This document shows positions 9,667 through 19,338 of a stretch of DNA of 64,000 bases, in pieces. The stretch is from assembly GCA_964639245.1 (NCBI GenBank), contig CAZXCU010000001.1, positions 876,521 to 940,520 of the forward strand, given 5' to 3'. A program made the translations under genes and the position numbers. The notes under the pieces are model-generated. The model ran no database searches. It was not told where the DNA came from and saw only the letters and a list, made by a program, of their open reading frames with translations. This DNA comes from an uncultured Anaerolineae bacterium. Its GTDB lineage: Bacteria; Chloroflexota; Anaerolineae; Aggregatilineales; J027. Positions within the stretch are counted from its first letter, which is position 1. Each line of letters starts with the position of its first letter.

Positions 9667-10509
9667 CTAGTCCGTCTTTGTATCCTTCATGCGAACATAA
9701 ATTGTAGATGGGCCTGTCTTTTTTGCACCCTTTACCTCGATTTGGTTGGGCATGGACTTCACTAAGAGAGATAAGCTCTTAAAATTATAGGTGCGGCTGT
9801 CAAAACTTGGCTCAATACGCTGGAGAGCATTTCCGAGTGCGCCCAGATGTACCCACCGATCATCGTCTTGCACCGCAATATCAAATGCCCGCCGAAGGAG
9901 ACTCAGCAACGCCTTCTGGGAAGCCTCTGGATTAGTCTTCGCAGGGGCTTTGACAGTAGAATTCGTTTTAGCTGTTGCCGGTGCTTTGGCTACCGTTTTA
10001 ACATCGTCTGCTTTTTTAACTGTAGGGGGTTTGATGTTCTCAGCGTCTTTAATCTCGTCCCCCTTGATAAGGTTTTCTACATAAACAAACACGTTGCAAG
10101 CCTTGATGAAGGCTTCGGGAGTTTTTTCTCGCCCTATGCCCATCACGAATAAGCCATCTTCACGAATCCGTGTACAAAGACGGGTGTAATCACTATCACT
10201 GGAAACGATGCAAAACCCTTGGACTGTGCCAGCATAGAGAATATCCATGGCATCGATAATTAATGCGCTATCTGTCGCATTTTTGCCAGCTGTATAACGC
10301 CATTGTTGGATGGGTTGAATAGCATTGGATAACATCACAGGCCGCCAATTGGCTAAATTGGCTTCTGTCCAGTCGCCGTAAGCGCGTCGGATGGTTACGT
10401 CTCCATATCGGCTCGCTTCCTCAAACATTTGCTTGAGCAAACTATGCTGGGCGTTGTCACCATCAATCAGCATCGCAATACGGCGTTGCGAATCGGCAGC
10501 AAAGCTCAT
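9667..10509 (-). CDS. NYN (LabA-like PIN-fold) domain protein with C-terminal OST-HTH/LOTUS domain
   Basis: MLIDGDN...SDSDYT NYN acidic core, Lys/Ala-rich linker, C-terminal LLSLLRRAF...WVHLGALGNAL LOTUS-like helix-turn-helix. Confidence 0.75.
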   Translation of the reverse strand: MSFAADSQRRIAMLIDGDNAQHSLLKQMFEEASRYGDVTIRRAYGDWTEANLANWRPVMLSNAIQPIQQWRYTAGKNATDSALIIDAMDILYAGTVQGFCIVSSDSDYTRLCTRIREDGLFVMGIGREKTPEAFIKACNVFVYVENLIKGDEIKDAENIKPPTVKKADDVKTVAKAPATAKTNSTVKAPAKTNPEASQKALLSLLRRAFDIAVQDDDRWVHLGALGNALQRIEPSFDSRTYNFKSLSLLVKSMPNQIEVKGAKKTGPSTIYVRMKDTKTD

Positions 10510-10633
10510 ATCGAAGCCCTCTTCCTGTTTATTGAATATTTACTAATTTCACTGTGCATCTTTACCTAACATTTGTCAATCTTTTTCTCTGAATCTTTGG
10601 GGATTACAATAGGAAGTGTATGAGAAAGCTGTG

Positions 10634-12361
10634 ATGGAGAAATTGGCATTGAAACCCCTGCCCCAACAAATTCAAAGTCTTATCCGAACTGCGCTGATGG
10701 CTGCCCAGGAAAACGGGACACTGCCCGCGTTTGAGCTGCCTACGGAGATTTCGGTCACACCACCGAAAAAAGCCGAACAGGGCGATTATGCGTCTCCGGT
10801 GGCGCTGGCATTGGCGAAACCAACGGGCAAAAAACCATTGGAAATTGCCGAAGCGATTCAAAAACACTTCCCACAAAGCGATTTTATTCAAAGTGTGGAC
10901 GTTGCCCCACCGGGATTCGTCAATCTGCGTTTGTCAGAAGATTGGGTGCGGCAGCAGGTGGAAGTGATTATCGCGGCGGGTAAAAATTTCGGCAAACAGG
11001 ACATCGGGCAGGGCAAACGGGCGCAGGTTGAATTTGTGAGCGCCAACCCCACCGGCCCCTTGCATATCGGACGGACGCGGGGCGCGATTCTGGGGGATAC
11101 ATTGGCGAATTTGCTGACAGAGTGTGGCTGGCAGGTCGAGCGCGAATATTATTTTAATAACGCGGGCGCTCAAATGATGATGTTGGGGAATAGTCTCAAG
11201 GTGCGGTATTTGCAGGCGTTGGGGCAAGATGAACCCCTACCCGAAAATGGTTATCAAGGCGATTATCTTGTCACAATTGCGGAAGAACTCAAAGCCGAAG
11301 TCGGGGAAAATTGGGCAAATGAGGATTGGAAACCGTTTAAGGAATATGCCGAAAAACGAATTTTCAAGATGATTGAGCTTACCTTAGCACGGGTGGGGAT
11401 TCAATTTGACCACTTTTTCAACGAACAGTCGGTTTATGATGACGGCAGTGTGTGGAATGTCTTAAATCAACTGCGCGAAAAGGACTTTGTTTATGAGGCC
11501 ATCACTCGTGAGAATGCCTCCGAAGAAGAACTTGAAAAAGCGAAAAAAGAAAATTGGACAAAAACCGCCACATGGTTTCGTAGCACCCAGTTAGGTGATA
11601 AAGAAGATCGCGTGGTGGTGAAATCGAATGGTGAACCAACCTATGCACTGCCGGATATTGCTTATCACATCAATAAATTGAATCGGGGCTTTGAACGGGC
11701 GTTTAATATTTTGGGGACAGATCATATTATTGAGGCGCAAACGGTATCACGGGGGTTGCAAGCATTAGGGTATGATGCGTCTAAAGTACGGGTGGTGCTG
11801 CATCAATTTGTGACGTTTGGTGATAACAAAATGAGTACCCGTGCTGGTAATTACGTCACGTTAGATGATTTGATTGATGAAGTGGGGTCAGATGTTGTGC
11901 GCTATTTTATGCTGGCGCGTTCGGCGGAAAGTCATCTGGATTTTGATTTTGACAAAGCCAAAGAACAATCAAATGAAAATCCGGTGTACTACATTCAAAA
12001 CGCACATGTGCGCTGCTGTGGGATTTTCCGACAGGTGATTGAGCAAGGCAAACCGCACAATTGGGATGAAGGGGCGGATTTGTCGCTGCTAGGGAAAAGC
12101 GAGCTGACATTTATCCGTAAAGCGCTGGAACTGCCCGAACAAATCGTTTTTGCCTATGACAATCTTGCCCCGCATCAAATCGCGTTCTGGGCGCTGGATT
12201 TGGCGCGGACGTTTCATCCCTTGTATGACGAGGTGCGGGTGCTACATAGCGATGTTTCGGAGGATGTAGCACGGGCGCGTCTGCGGTTTTATCACATGGC
12301 GCGGGTGGTGTTTGCGCGGGTGCTAACGCTGATGGGCATGACCACGCCCGAACGGATGTAA
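10634..12361 (+). CDS. argS: Arginine--tRNA ligase
   Basis: N-terminal Arg_tRNA_synt_N, class I catalytic core (ANPTGPLHIGRTRGAILGD), C-terminal DALR anticodon-binding domain. The track ORF starts at GTG 10616; the in-frame ATG is at 10634. Confidence 0.9.
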   Translation: MEKLALKPLPQQIQSLIRTALMAAQENGTLPAFELPTEISVTPPKKAEQGDYASPVALALAKPTGKKPLEIAEAIQKHFPQSDFIQSVDVAPPGFVNLRLSEDWVRQQVEVIIAAGKNFGKQDIGQGKRAQVEFVSANPTGPLHIGRTRGAILGDTLANLLTECGWQVEREYYFNNAGAQMMMLGNSLKVRYLQALGQDEPLPENGYQGDYLVTIAEELKAEVGENWANEDWKPFKEYAEKRIFKMIELTLARVGIQFDHFFNEQSVYDDGSVWNVLNQLREKDFVYEAITRENASEEELEKAKKENWTKTATWFRSTQLGDKEDRVVVKSNGEPTYALPDIAYHINKLNRGFERAFNILGTDHIIEAQTVSRGLQALGYDASKVRVVLHQFVTFGDNKMSTRAGNYVTLDDLIDEVGSDVVRYFMLARSAESHLDFDFDKAKEQSNENPVYYIQNAHVRCCGIFRQVIEQGKPHNWDEGADLSLLGKSELTFIRKALELPEQIVFAYDNLAPHQIAFWALDLARTFHPLYDEVRVLHSDVSEDVARARLRFYHMARVVFARVLTLMGMTTPERM

Positions 12362-12431
12362 AAAAGCTGTCCGCGTTCAGCCATCCTCTATCAGGGTTAT
12401 AATAGGTATAAATGGCAAAGGATGGGTTGAG

Positions 12432-12644
12432 ATGACGGTAGAAGTGATTGGTCAAATGACAAAGGCAGAATTAAGGACATTTGTGGAAGATATTGTTCAG
12501 GAAGTAAAAGGTAAGGGGCCATATAAGCAAATCCCCCAACGCCCAATTGGTGAAATCCTTGATGAAATGTGGGCAGATATGATTGAACTACAACCGGGGC
12601 AACCTTCCACATTGGAGATGATTCGTGAGGATAGAGATAGATGA
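12432..12644 (+). CDS. Putative type II antitoxin (VapB-like partner of the downstream PIN toxin)
   Basis: 70 aa; 4-bp overlap with the PIN gene; TATAAT-like boxes in the 70-bp upstream gap. Confidence 0.5.
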   Translation: MTVEVIGQMTKAELRTFVEDIVQEVKGKGPYKQIPQRPIGEILDEMWADMIELQPGQPSTLEMIREDRDR

Positions 12645-13087
12645 GTGACAATTGGGTCATTGATACCAGCGTCCTCATCAAAAGTTTCATCAAAGAGCAA
12701 GATAGTCGCCGGGTTAGAACTTTGATTAACCAACTCCGAAGTTCTAATCCACCGACATTGCATGTGCCGGAAACTTGTTTGCCAGAATGTGGGAATGTTC
12801 TTTGGAAACAAGTACGTTTTCATGGTCTGCCTTCGCAACGGGCAAAGGTCGCCATGAAACGTTTAGTCAACTTGCCTTTGACTATTTATCCAGCGAATGA
12901 ATTGCTGCCACGCACTCTTGAAATTGCCTTAGACCACACATTAGCCGTCTATGATGCCCTGTATCTGGCGCTGGCGGAAAAAGTGAAACATCCGTTTATT
13001 ACCGTCGATGCAAGACAAATGGGGATTGCTCAAACGCTGGGGCTGGTCTTGAAACCTATCACTGATTTTGCAGAATATACACCTTAA
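12641..13087 (+). CDS. vapC: PIN-domain ribonuclease toxin (VapC family)
   Basis: MSDNWVIDTSVLIK N-terminal acidic PIN motif, later D/E residues (YDALYLALAE, ITVDAR). Confidence 0.8.
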   Translation: MSDNWVIDTSVLIKSFIKEQDSRRVRTLINQLRSSNPPTLHVPETCLPECGNVLWKQVRFHGLPSQRAKVAMKRLVNLPLTIYPANELLPRTLEIALDHTLAVYDALYLALAEKVKHPFITVDARQMGIAQTLGLVLKPITDFAEYTP

Positions 13088-13098
13088 GGATAAAAAAC

Positions 13099-13536
13099 AT
13101 GGCTGAATTAAAATCGCCCGTAAGCGATGCACTGTTGGTAGAAGTGACGGTGAACAATGTCACCCTGCATAAAGATCCACAAACAGGCGGCTATTGGCTG
13201 CGTCAGGGCGAACTGGAATCGCTAACAGAGGCACAAGAAACACCTGTTTTGGAAGTGCATACGGGTGAGACAATGCGCGAACATAAAGGCCGTTTTTGCC
13301 CGGAAGATGGCACGCCCCTGATGGAATTTGAATTTGAGGAACATTCGGGCGTGAGAATGGATATTTGCCCGACCTGTCAGGGTCTCTGGTTGGATGAAGG
13401 CGAAATCACCCGCCTGATGGAATATTTAAATGATTATGAATATGGCAGCCATGACCCGCATGACGAGCATCTGGGCATTACAGACCGTGTGATGCTGTTT
13501 TTGTATCAATTGACCGCCCGCCCACCGTTATATTAG
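13099..13536 (+). CDS. zf-TFIIB-type zinc-ribbon domain protein
   Basis: CPEDGTPL...MDICPTCQGLWLDEGEI matches the CPxC...CPxCxGxWLDxGE zinc-ribbon signature. Confidence 0.55.
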   Translation: MAELKSPVSDALLVEVTVNNVTLHKDPQTGGYWLRQGELESLTEAQETPVLEVHTGETMREHKGRFCPEDGTPLMEFEFEEHSGVRMDICPTCQGLWLDEGEITRLMEYLNDYEYGSHDPHDEHLGITDRVMLFLYQLTARPPLY

Positions 13537-13579
13537 GGGAGTAGCCGGCAGTCGTTCGCTTGGCTGGCGGCTAAAATTT

Positions 13580-13942
13580 TTAATTGCCTGTTTTAGACGG
13601 AATTTCTTTGGTGTCTTTATCCCCGAAAAGAGCGTACAGGCCGTTCCATCCGAGGGCGCTGGTTCCAATAATGGGGCCAACCACCGGATAAGGCACGCCC
13701 GCAATGATCCCGGCGAAAAAGCCTTTGGCAACGGCTTCTCCCCATTCGGCGGAGTTGGTAAATTTTTCAAGCAAGGTCACGCCTGCGCCACAAAAAATAA
13801 AATTACCCGCCATCATCAAAGCGATGAGGGGAATGCCAGCGACAGTGGTGGTGGCAGCAACTTCGGCTGTTCCCCATGACGCATCCATCACAACAATTAA
13901 TAGGCTACTCAAGTAACCAATGGGAGGTTTAGAAATACTCAT
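13580..13942 (-). CDS. Small integral membrane protein of unknown function
   Basis: Three predicted hydrophobic helices, Gly-rich. Confidence 0.4.
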   Translation of the reverse strand: MSISKPPIGYLSSLLIVVMDASWGTAEVAATTTVAGIPLIALMMAGNFIFCGAGVTLLEKFTNSAEWGEAVAKGFFAGIIAGVPYPVVGPIIGTSALGWNGLYALFGDKDTKEIPSKTGN

Positions 13943-14132
13943 TTTGAAATTTTTCCCGCTTCTAGTGGATATTCACATTGTAGTGGTTGCTTATTGGCTG
14001 TCAATGTGGCAAGCACCTCTATTTTTAAGGTTCAACTAGCAACTTCTGGGGTGGATTGTGCGTAATATCACTATCAAAGGGCATTTCAAATCAGTATACT
14101 AACCGCCGCCCTAAAAATAGAAGAAATAGCCT

Positions 14133-15713
14133 GTGATTCAATCCAAAAAACTTCCCATCTCACGTTCAACACTGGCGCTGGTGGTCGTGCTGCTGCTGAT
14201 TCATCTGTTGATTCGGGCGCATAATATTACAGCGCTGCCCCTGTTTGTGGACGAAGGCAACCATATCCGCCGTGCGGCAACCGTGTACGATTTAGAAAAC
14301 CATCCGGCGGTGGAAAGTCATGGCAAATTTTTGTTTTATTTTGTGCCGGGTGTGTTTGACCTTAAACAGCAGGATACCGCGTTGTTCCTGTCGCGTACCA
14401 GCGTGGCGCTGAGTTCATTGCTCACGGGCGCAGTGGTGTTTTTGATTGCGCGGCGTTTGTTCGGGCAACGGGCAGCGCTGGCAGCCATCGCGTTTTATGC
14501 GTTTTTACCCTATGCCTTTTTCTTTGAACGTACCGCCCTTTCCGACCCGTGGGCAGGATTCATTGCAACTTGTTTGGTGTGGATGACGATTCGATTCGCA
14601 GCCAAACCCACTTACGAGCGGGCAATGTGGGTGGGGGTGTTCATGGCGCTGACCCCCGCCGCAAAATTGACGATGGCCTTTGTCAACTTTTTACCCCTGT
14701 TTGCGCTGCTGCTGTTTGCGCCGTATGCCTCCCTCAAAGACTTGTTCATCCGCTATTTTCCACATGGACTCCGGGCAATCGCGGTGGTCATCGGATTGTG
14801 GATGCTGGTGTTTATTCCCGCCGTAATTCAATATTATGACGGGGTAGATTATGCGCTGTACGATACATGGTTGGTGAATGCGACCACCAAAGCGGATACC
14901 TTCTGGGGTAAGGTGAGCGATAACTGGGAAAAAATGACTCTGCTCATTTCGCTGCCTGCCACGCTGTTGCTGCTGATTGCTTCACCGCTTGGGTTGTATC
15001 TCAAACACTACCGTAAGCAAATGGCGCTGGTGTTACTCTGGCTGGCGCTGGCGTGGCTGACGACCTTTTTTCTTGTCGGGCGGAATTCCTTCCAGAGCCG
15101 CTATCTAACCGCCGGCACACCCGCGATTGCCGTCTTGTTTGGCGCGGGGATCATCATTCTGGCGGATTCGCTCATTAAAAATGTGCGCTATGCAAGCTAT
15201 GCCGCAGCCACCGGGATTGTGTTATGGGCGGTGACGTTTTCCGTTCCGTTTGCCCAGAAAGCGGCAACGGATCCCACCCAATTAGACATGCCGTGGTTGG
15301 ACAGCCAGAATTATTTTGAGGGTAATTTCAACGGCTACGCGCTGCTCGATGCGATGGCCTATGTTGAAGAAAATGGCGAAAAGCACAATGGCAAGGTGCA
15401 TCTGGTGTTAGGGACGCGCTTTTGTATGCCACATTTATACGAATTTCCTGAATTGTACTATCGCTGCGATAAACGGGTCGATTTGGCGAATCCGGCGCGG
15501 CGCAGCACCATTCCCTACTTTTTGAATCCCCTGCTGAATAACATCCCCCTCTATCTGATTGCGGAGGATACCATGCTAGAACCGCAGGCCAATTGGTTTG
15601 CAGTGCCAGAATTTCTTACCCGCTTTGACAAACCGCACGGCGAAGGGTATATCACTGTATGGCGGATGCGCTTGCCGGATGAGTCTACGGTATCGCGTGG
15701 AGTGCTGCCTTAA
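14133..15713 (+). CDS. GT-C fold glycosyltransferase (ArnT / PMT / GT39-GT83-like, polyprenyl-phosphate-sugar dependent)
   Basis: ~12 TM helices with first-loop LFVDEGNH acidic motif and long periplasmic C-terminal domain. Confidence 0.65.
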   Translation: MIQSKKLPISRSTLALVVVLLLIHLLIRAHNITALPLFVDEGNHIRRAATVYDLENHPAVESHGKFLFYFVPGVFDLKQQDTALFLSRTSVALSSLLTGAVVFLIARRLFGQRAALAAIAFYAFLPYAFFFERTALSDPWAGFIATCLVWMTIRFAAKPTYERAMWVGVFMALTPAAKLTMAFVNFLPLFALLLFAPYASLKDLFIRYFPHGLRAIAVVIGLWMLVFIPAVIQYYDGVDYALYDTWLVNATTKADTFWGKVSDNWEKMTLLISLPATLLLLIASPLGLYLKHYRKQMALVLLWLALAWLTTFFLVGRNSFQSRYLTAGTPAIAVLFGAGIIILADSLIKNVRYASYAAATGIVLWAVTFSVPFAQKAATDPTQLDMPWLDSQNYFEGNFNGYALLDAMAYVEENGEKHNGKVHLVLGTRFCMPHLYEFPELYYRCDKRVDLANPARRSTIPYFLNPLLNNIPLYLIAEDTMLEPQANWFAVPEFLTRFDKPHGEGYITVWRMRLPDESTVSRGVLP

Positions 15714-16218
15714 AGGTTTCGTAAGCCTCCTGTCCGAACAGCACAAAACGGACTAATTCCAGCGAGTCATTTTGATGGGCAAAGTCGGCGATGGTTTGTA
15801 GTGCAATCATGGCGGCTTTGTCCATCGGATACCCATAGATTCCGGTGCTAATGGCGGGAAAAGCGATGGTTTTAACCCCATTTTCGACAGCGACTTCCAG
15901 ACTGCGGCGGTACGCGCTGGCAAGTAAACCCGGGCAGGCTTCATTATTAGGGTAATAAATTGGCCCGACAGCATGAATAATGTAGCGGGCTTTGAGCTTA
16001 AAACCGAGCGTGATTTTCGCATCGCCCGTATCGCACCCGCCTAAGTTGCGACAAGCGGCTTGGAGTTCGTCTGCACCCGCTGCCCGATGAATAGCCCCAT
16101 CCACCCCGCCACCACCCGCTAAGGCAGAATTGGCAGCGTTGACAATCGCTTCGGTGTCTTGCTGGGTGATGTCCCCCTGCACAAGTTCGAGGATAGTTTG
16201 GTTAACCTGTTTCTGCAT
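15685..16218 (-). CDS. Macro domain protein (O-acetyl-ADP-ribose deacetylase, YmdB/MacroD-like)
   Basis: VQGDITQ...AIVNAAN...GGGGVDGAIHRAAG macro-domain signatures. AAGGAG SD 9 nt before the second ATG (16218). The 3' end overlaps the convergent glycosyltransferase gene by ~29 bp. Confidence 0.85.
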   Translation of the reverse strand: MQKQVNQTILELVQGDITQQDTEAIVNAANSALAGGGGVDGAIHRAAGADELQAACRNLGGCDTGDAKITLGFKLKARYIIHAVGPIYYPNNEACPGLLASAYRRSLEVAVENGVKTIAFPAISTGIYGYPMDKAAMIALQTIADFAHQNDSLELVRFVLFGQEAYETFKAALHAIP

Positions 16219-16325
16219 CACAGAGCGCTCCTTGATATTCATTTTAACGGTTTTTTGTAATCTCCGCGTAATTTTGCTGTAACTTTTGCTCCTTATGCTG
16301 AGACGAAATAAAAAAGGAGCGTGAG

Positions 16326-16892
16326 ATGCGAAAATTAATCTTTGCCGGGATTGCCATTGTGATTTTGATACCTGTGTTGGGGGTAGGGTACTGGTTGATT
16401 AGCCCGTTGTTCCGGGATGAGGAAGTGAATGAAGAATTTCCCTATGCACAGGTAGCCATTGTGCCAACTGAGATGAGCAACACCGAAGCGAATGCGACAA
16501 TGGAAACTGCCGCCGGACAAACCGAGAGTGTTGCCGAGCAAATGCCCGAAGTGACTGCGACAGAAATCGGGCGGGGAAATTTCACCGAGATTGATGCGGT
16601 GCATAAGGGGAGTGGCGACGCGATTTTATATCAATTGTCGGATGAAACATCGGTACTGCGATTTGAAAATTTTGAAGTGACCAACGGGCCAGATTTGCAT
16701 GTGTTTCTCGTCACCAGCGCCAATCCCACCCGGGCTGATTTACACAATGGAACGGAGTTGGATTTAGGCGAACTAAAAGGCAATCTTGGCAATCAGAATT
16801 ATGAAATTCCATCAGGAACAGATTTAAGCCAATATCAAGCAGTGGTAATTTACTGCGTGCCGTTTCAGGTGGTTTTAGTACGGCGCGTTTGA
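16326..16892 (+). CDS. DM13-domain protein (membrane-anchored)
   Basis: N-terminal TM helix; HKGSGDAILYQL...LRFENFEVTNGPDLHVFL matches the DM13 signature. Confidence 0.55.
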   Translation: MRKLIFAGIAIVILIPVLGVGYWLISPLFRDEEVNEEFPYAQVAIVPTEMSNTEANATMETAAGQTESVAEQMPEVTATEIGRGNFTEIDAVHKGSGDAILYQLSDETSVLRFENFEVTNGPDLHVFLVTSANPTRADLHNGTELDLGELKGNLGNQNYEIPSGTDLSQYQAVVIYCVPFQVVLVRRV

Positions 16893-16901
16893 ATTAGGCA
16901 C

Positions 16902-17813
16902 TCAGGTCAAGCTAATCATAACTCCCTGCCCATCCAGCACCACCGTCCAGAAGCGGCAGTGTTCCACCCCCACATCCTGAAAAGCCTCAATCATTGCGTT
17001 GGCAATCAAGGTATGGTTATAGGGGGCAAACACCAGCAGGGCAGGGGCTTTGGGCATGAGGGTGACGGCGGCTGCGCCCTGTGCTTTTGCCACACTCACC
17101 ACCGTATCATAACCGGGAATGTAATCCATGAACGCGGGTTGATAGAGACGGTCTTCCAGCGTTTTGGCAAGCAAATCGTAATCCCCATCCAGCAGGGCAT
17201 CCATCAAAAACGACAGGCGACTCATATTGAACACGGCATCGCGGATGTCTACCGCTTGTGGCATGACCCCGCGAGTTTGGTCTTTATAATCTGGCAGAGT
17301 CGGGGCAAGCAGCACCACCCGCAAAGGTGGCGGCTCAAGGCTGTTATACCGGATTCTGCCATCCGGTTCGCGCATACAGATATTTAACCCGCCTAACAGG
17401 GTGGTAATGACTGATTCAGGGAGCAGTCCCGCTTCCAACGCAAGGTCAATCAAACCCTCACGGTCAAGATTGTTGCCCGTCAAATTGTTGGCGGCAACCA
17501 TGCCCCCCAACCACAAAGCGGCGGTTGCATCCAACCCCACATCCATCGGAATCTGATTTTCGATGCTGACATTTAAGCCAAACGGGGCGGTTTCTTTTTT
17601 CTGGAAAACACGCATCGCCGCCCGCATGACCGGATTCCGCAAACCAGCGGGCAGCGACTCACTGCCTTCACCTGTGACAGTGATTTCGAGTTTGTCATCC
17701 TGACGGGGCGACATTTCAATGTGGGTGTGAAGCGACAGCCCCAACCCTAGTGTATTTAAACCCGGCCCAAAACTGGGTAGTGGCGCAGGAACAGTCACAT
17801 AAACTTTGCTCAT
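16902..17813 (-). CDS. GHMP-kinase family protein (homoserine-kinase-like, with degenerate phosphate-binding motif)
   Basis: N-terminal PSFGPGLNTLGLGL and central DVGLDATAALWLGGMVAANNL resemble GHMP motifs I/II but the GLGSSAA consensus is altered. Likely start is MSKVYV; the track ORF starts 13 codons upstream. Confidence 0.5.
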   Translation of the reverse strand: MSKVYVTVPAPLPSFGPGLNTLGLGLSLHTHIEMSPRQDDKLEITVTGEGSESLPAGLRNPVMRAAMRVFQKKETAPFGLNVSIENQIPMDVGLDATAALWLGGMVAANNLTGNNLDREGLIDLALEAGLLPESVITTLLGGLNICMREPDGRIRYNSLEPPPLRVVLLAPTLPDYKDQTRGVMPQAVDIRDAVFNMSRLSFLMDALLDGDYDLLAKTLEDRLYQPAFMDYIPGYDTVVSVAKAQGAAAVTLMPKAPALLVFAPYNHTLIANAMIEAFQDVGVEHCRFWTVVLDGQGVMISLT

Positions 17814-17870
17814 AATACAGTCTATTTTGCTTTCGATTGCACTTTCAGGCAAGTAACATGCTTTATCTCG

Positions 17871-17937
17871 GTGGGCGGGAATCGCTCGCGGAGGCTCACT
17901 TGTCCCCGCCCTTACGAAATTTTAATGAATTTTGCGG
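17871..17937 (-). repeat. REP-like GC-rich hairpin element, copy 1 of a ~65-bp repeat (second copy at 53776-53841)
   Basis: gggcgggaa-N21-tccccgccc stem followed by ttacgaaat; lies just 3' of the minus-strand DUF554 gene. Confidence 0.6.
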
Positions 17938-17944
17938 TGTCCCT

Positions 17945-18691
17945 TTAAATATTCGGGTACAAATCAATCCCTAGCACGTCTGCCCCTGCCACAATCAATG
18001 GGGCAATCAACAGGGCAGGCAAATAATTGGCAATGCGGGGATGTTTAAGATCCAACAAAATCAGCGAAAGTCCCATCAAAATCATCCCGCCTGTCGCAGT
18101 GAGTTCATTCGTCATGGCTTCGGTCATAACTTCACCTGCCGCAAGACCTAGAATAGTTAATCCGCCTTGCACCACAAACACCGTAATAATCGAGAAAAAT
18201 ACCCCTATCCCCAATGAAGATGCAAAAGCAGTGGCAGCAAAAAAATCTAAAGCGGATTTAATTGCTAACTGCTGATAATCGCCTGACATGCCATCTTTTA
18301 GTGAACCTAACACCGTCAACGGCCCCACACAAAAAATCAAGCTGGCGGTCACAAAACCTTTGATAAATCGTTCACGTGGAGTTAAACCATCGCTGCCTTT
18401 TTCAGCATCATTGTTCCCCGATGAAAATTTCTTTTGTAACCATCCGCCAAAATCGTTTAATTTACCTTGAATATCCAGCATTTCTCCGACAATTACACCA
18501 ATCGCAATGCTAAAAAGCGGAATGATGATATTGCCTGTTGCAAAACTATCGCTCATACCTTGCGAGAGGGTGACAAAGCCTAGCCCGGTAACAATCGCGC
18601 TCTGGGTTTGTTTGGAGAGCCGTTCGCCCATGAACAAGCCAATCAAGCTGCCCACCGCTACCGCTACCACATTAATAATCGTGCCAATCAT
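17945..18691 (-). CDS. DUF554-family membrane protein (YqgA-like)
   Basis: MIGTIINVVAVAVGSLIGLFMGERL N-terminus and 6-7 TM helices typical of DUF554. Confidence 0.55.
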   Translation of the reverse strand: MIGTIINVVAVAVGSLIGLFMGERLSKQTQSAIVTGLGFVTLSQGMSDSFATGNIIIPLFSIAIGVIVGEMLDIQGKLNDFGGWLQKKFSSGNNDAEKGSDGLTPRERFIKGFVTASLIFCVGPLTVLGSLKDGMSGDYQQLAIKSALDFFAATAFASSLGIGVFFSIITVFVVQGGLTILGLAAGEVMTEAMTNELTATGGMILMGLSLILLDLKHPRIANYLPALLIAPLIVAGADVLGIDLYPNI

Positions 18692-18700
18692 AGAGAGTCC

Positions 18701-19165
18701 TTAGTTTTTAGTGATTAGTTTCTCAAATTTCGCCATTGTTAGTACATCCGCAATCGTAAATGTTTCTATCTGAATATAGCCATGCCGCAAATATAAATTA
18801 CACGCGGGGGTATTTCTTGCGCCGGTGGTGACGATGATACGGCTGGCAGTCGGTTCAACTTGTTCAATGTGATTTAACAACGCTGACGCAATCCCGCGCC
18901 GAAAATAATCGGGATGCACCACCAACCGACCAATATCGAGTGTTTGACCCTCCAGCGCATACGATACCACACCCGCCAAGTTGTTTTCGACAAAATAGCC
19001 ATCAAATATTTCCTGAGCGGCACGGAGGTTATCGGCGGTTTCCGTTAGGGCGGGAATTCCATCAAATTCAATCAGCGCCGCTTCAATCCGATAGGCCTTC
19101 TGTTGAATTTCTATCAACCGCGCAACCAGAAAATCATCCTGTAAATTGAGTCTTTTTATCATCAA
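18701..19165 (-). CDS. GNAT-family N-acetyltransferase
   Basis: RRGIASALL...acetyl-CoA binding motif A (R-x-x-G-x-A) in a 154-aa protein; 10-bp gap to the downstream DUF554 gene. Confidence 0.7.
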   Translation of the reverse strand: MMIKRLNLQDDFLVARLIEIQQKAYRIEAALIEFDGIPALTETADNLRAAQEIFDGYFVENNLAGVVSYALEGQTLDIGRLVVHPDYFRRGIASALLNHIEQVEPTASRIIVTTGARNTPACNLYLRHGYIQIETFTIADVLTMAKFEKLITKN

Positions 19166-19338
19166 AACCTATCCGGGTGAACGGGCGGATGATGGGTATG
19201 TCCGCCTGCATAGAAAATAGCGCCTCATCTGTAACGTCCCTACCAGTGACCATGAATCCTAACGCCGAAAACCTGCGGGAACAAATACAGGCGTACAATC
19301 GTTGTAGGGGTAGAACAAATCTTACAAGGAGATTCGTC

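Noticed and set aside
16902-17852. Assigning the GHMP kinase as thrB (homoserine kinase)
   Set aside because: The phosphate-binding motif is divergent (DVGLDATAA instead of PxGSGLGSSAA), so no gene symbol is given.
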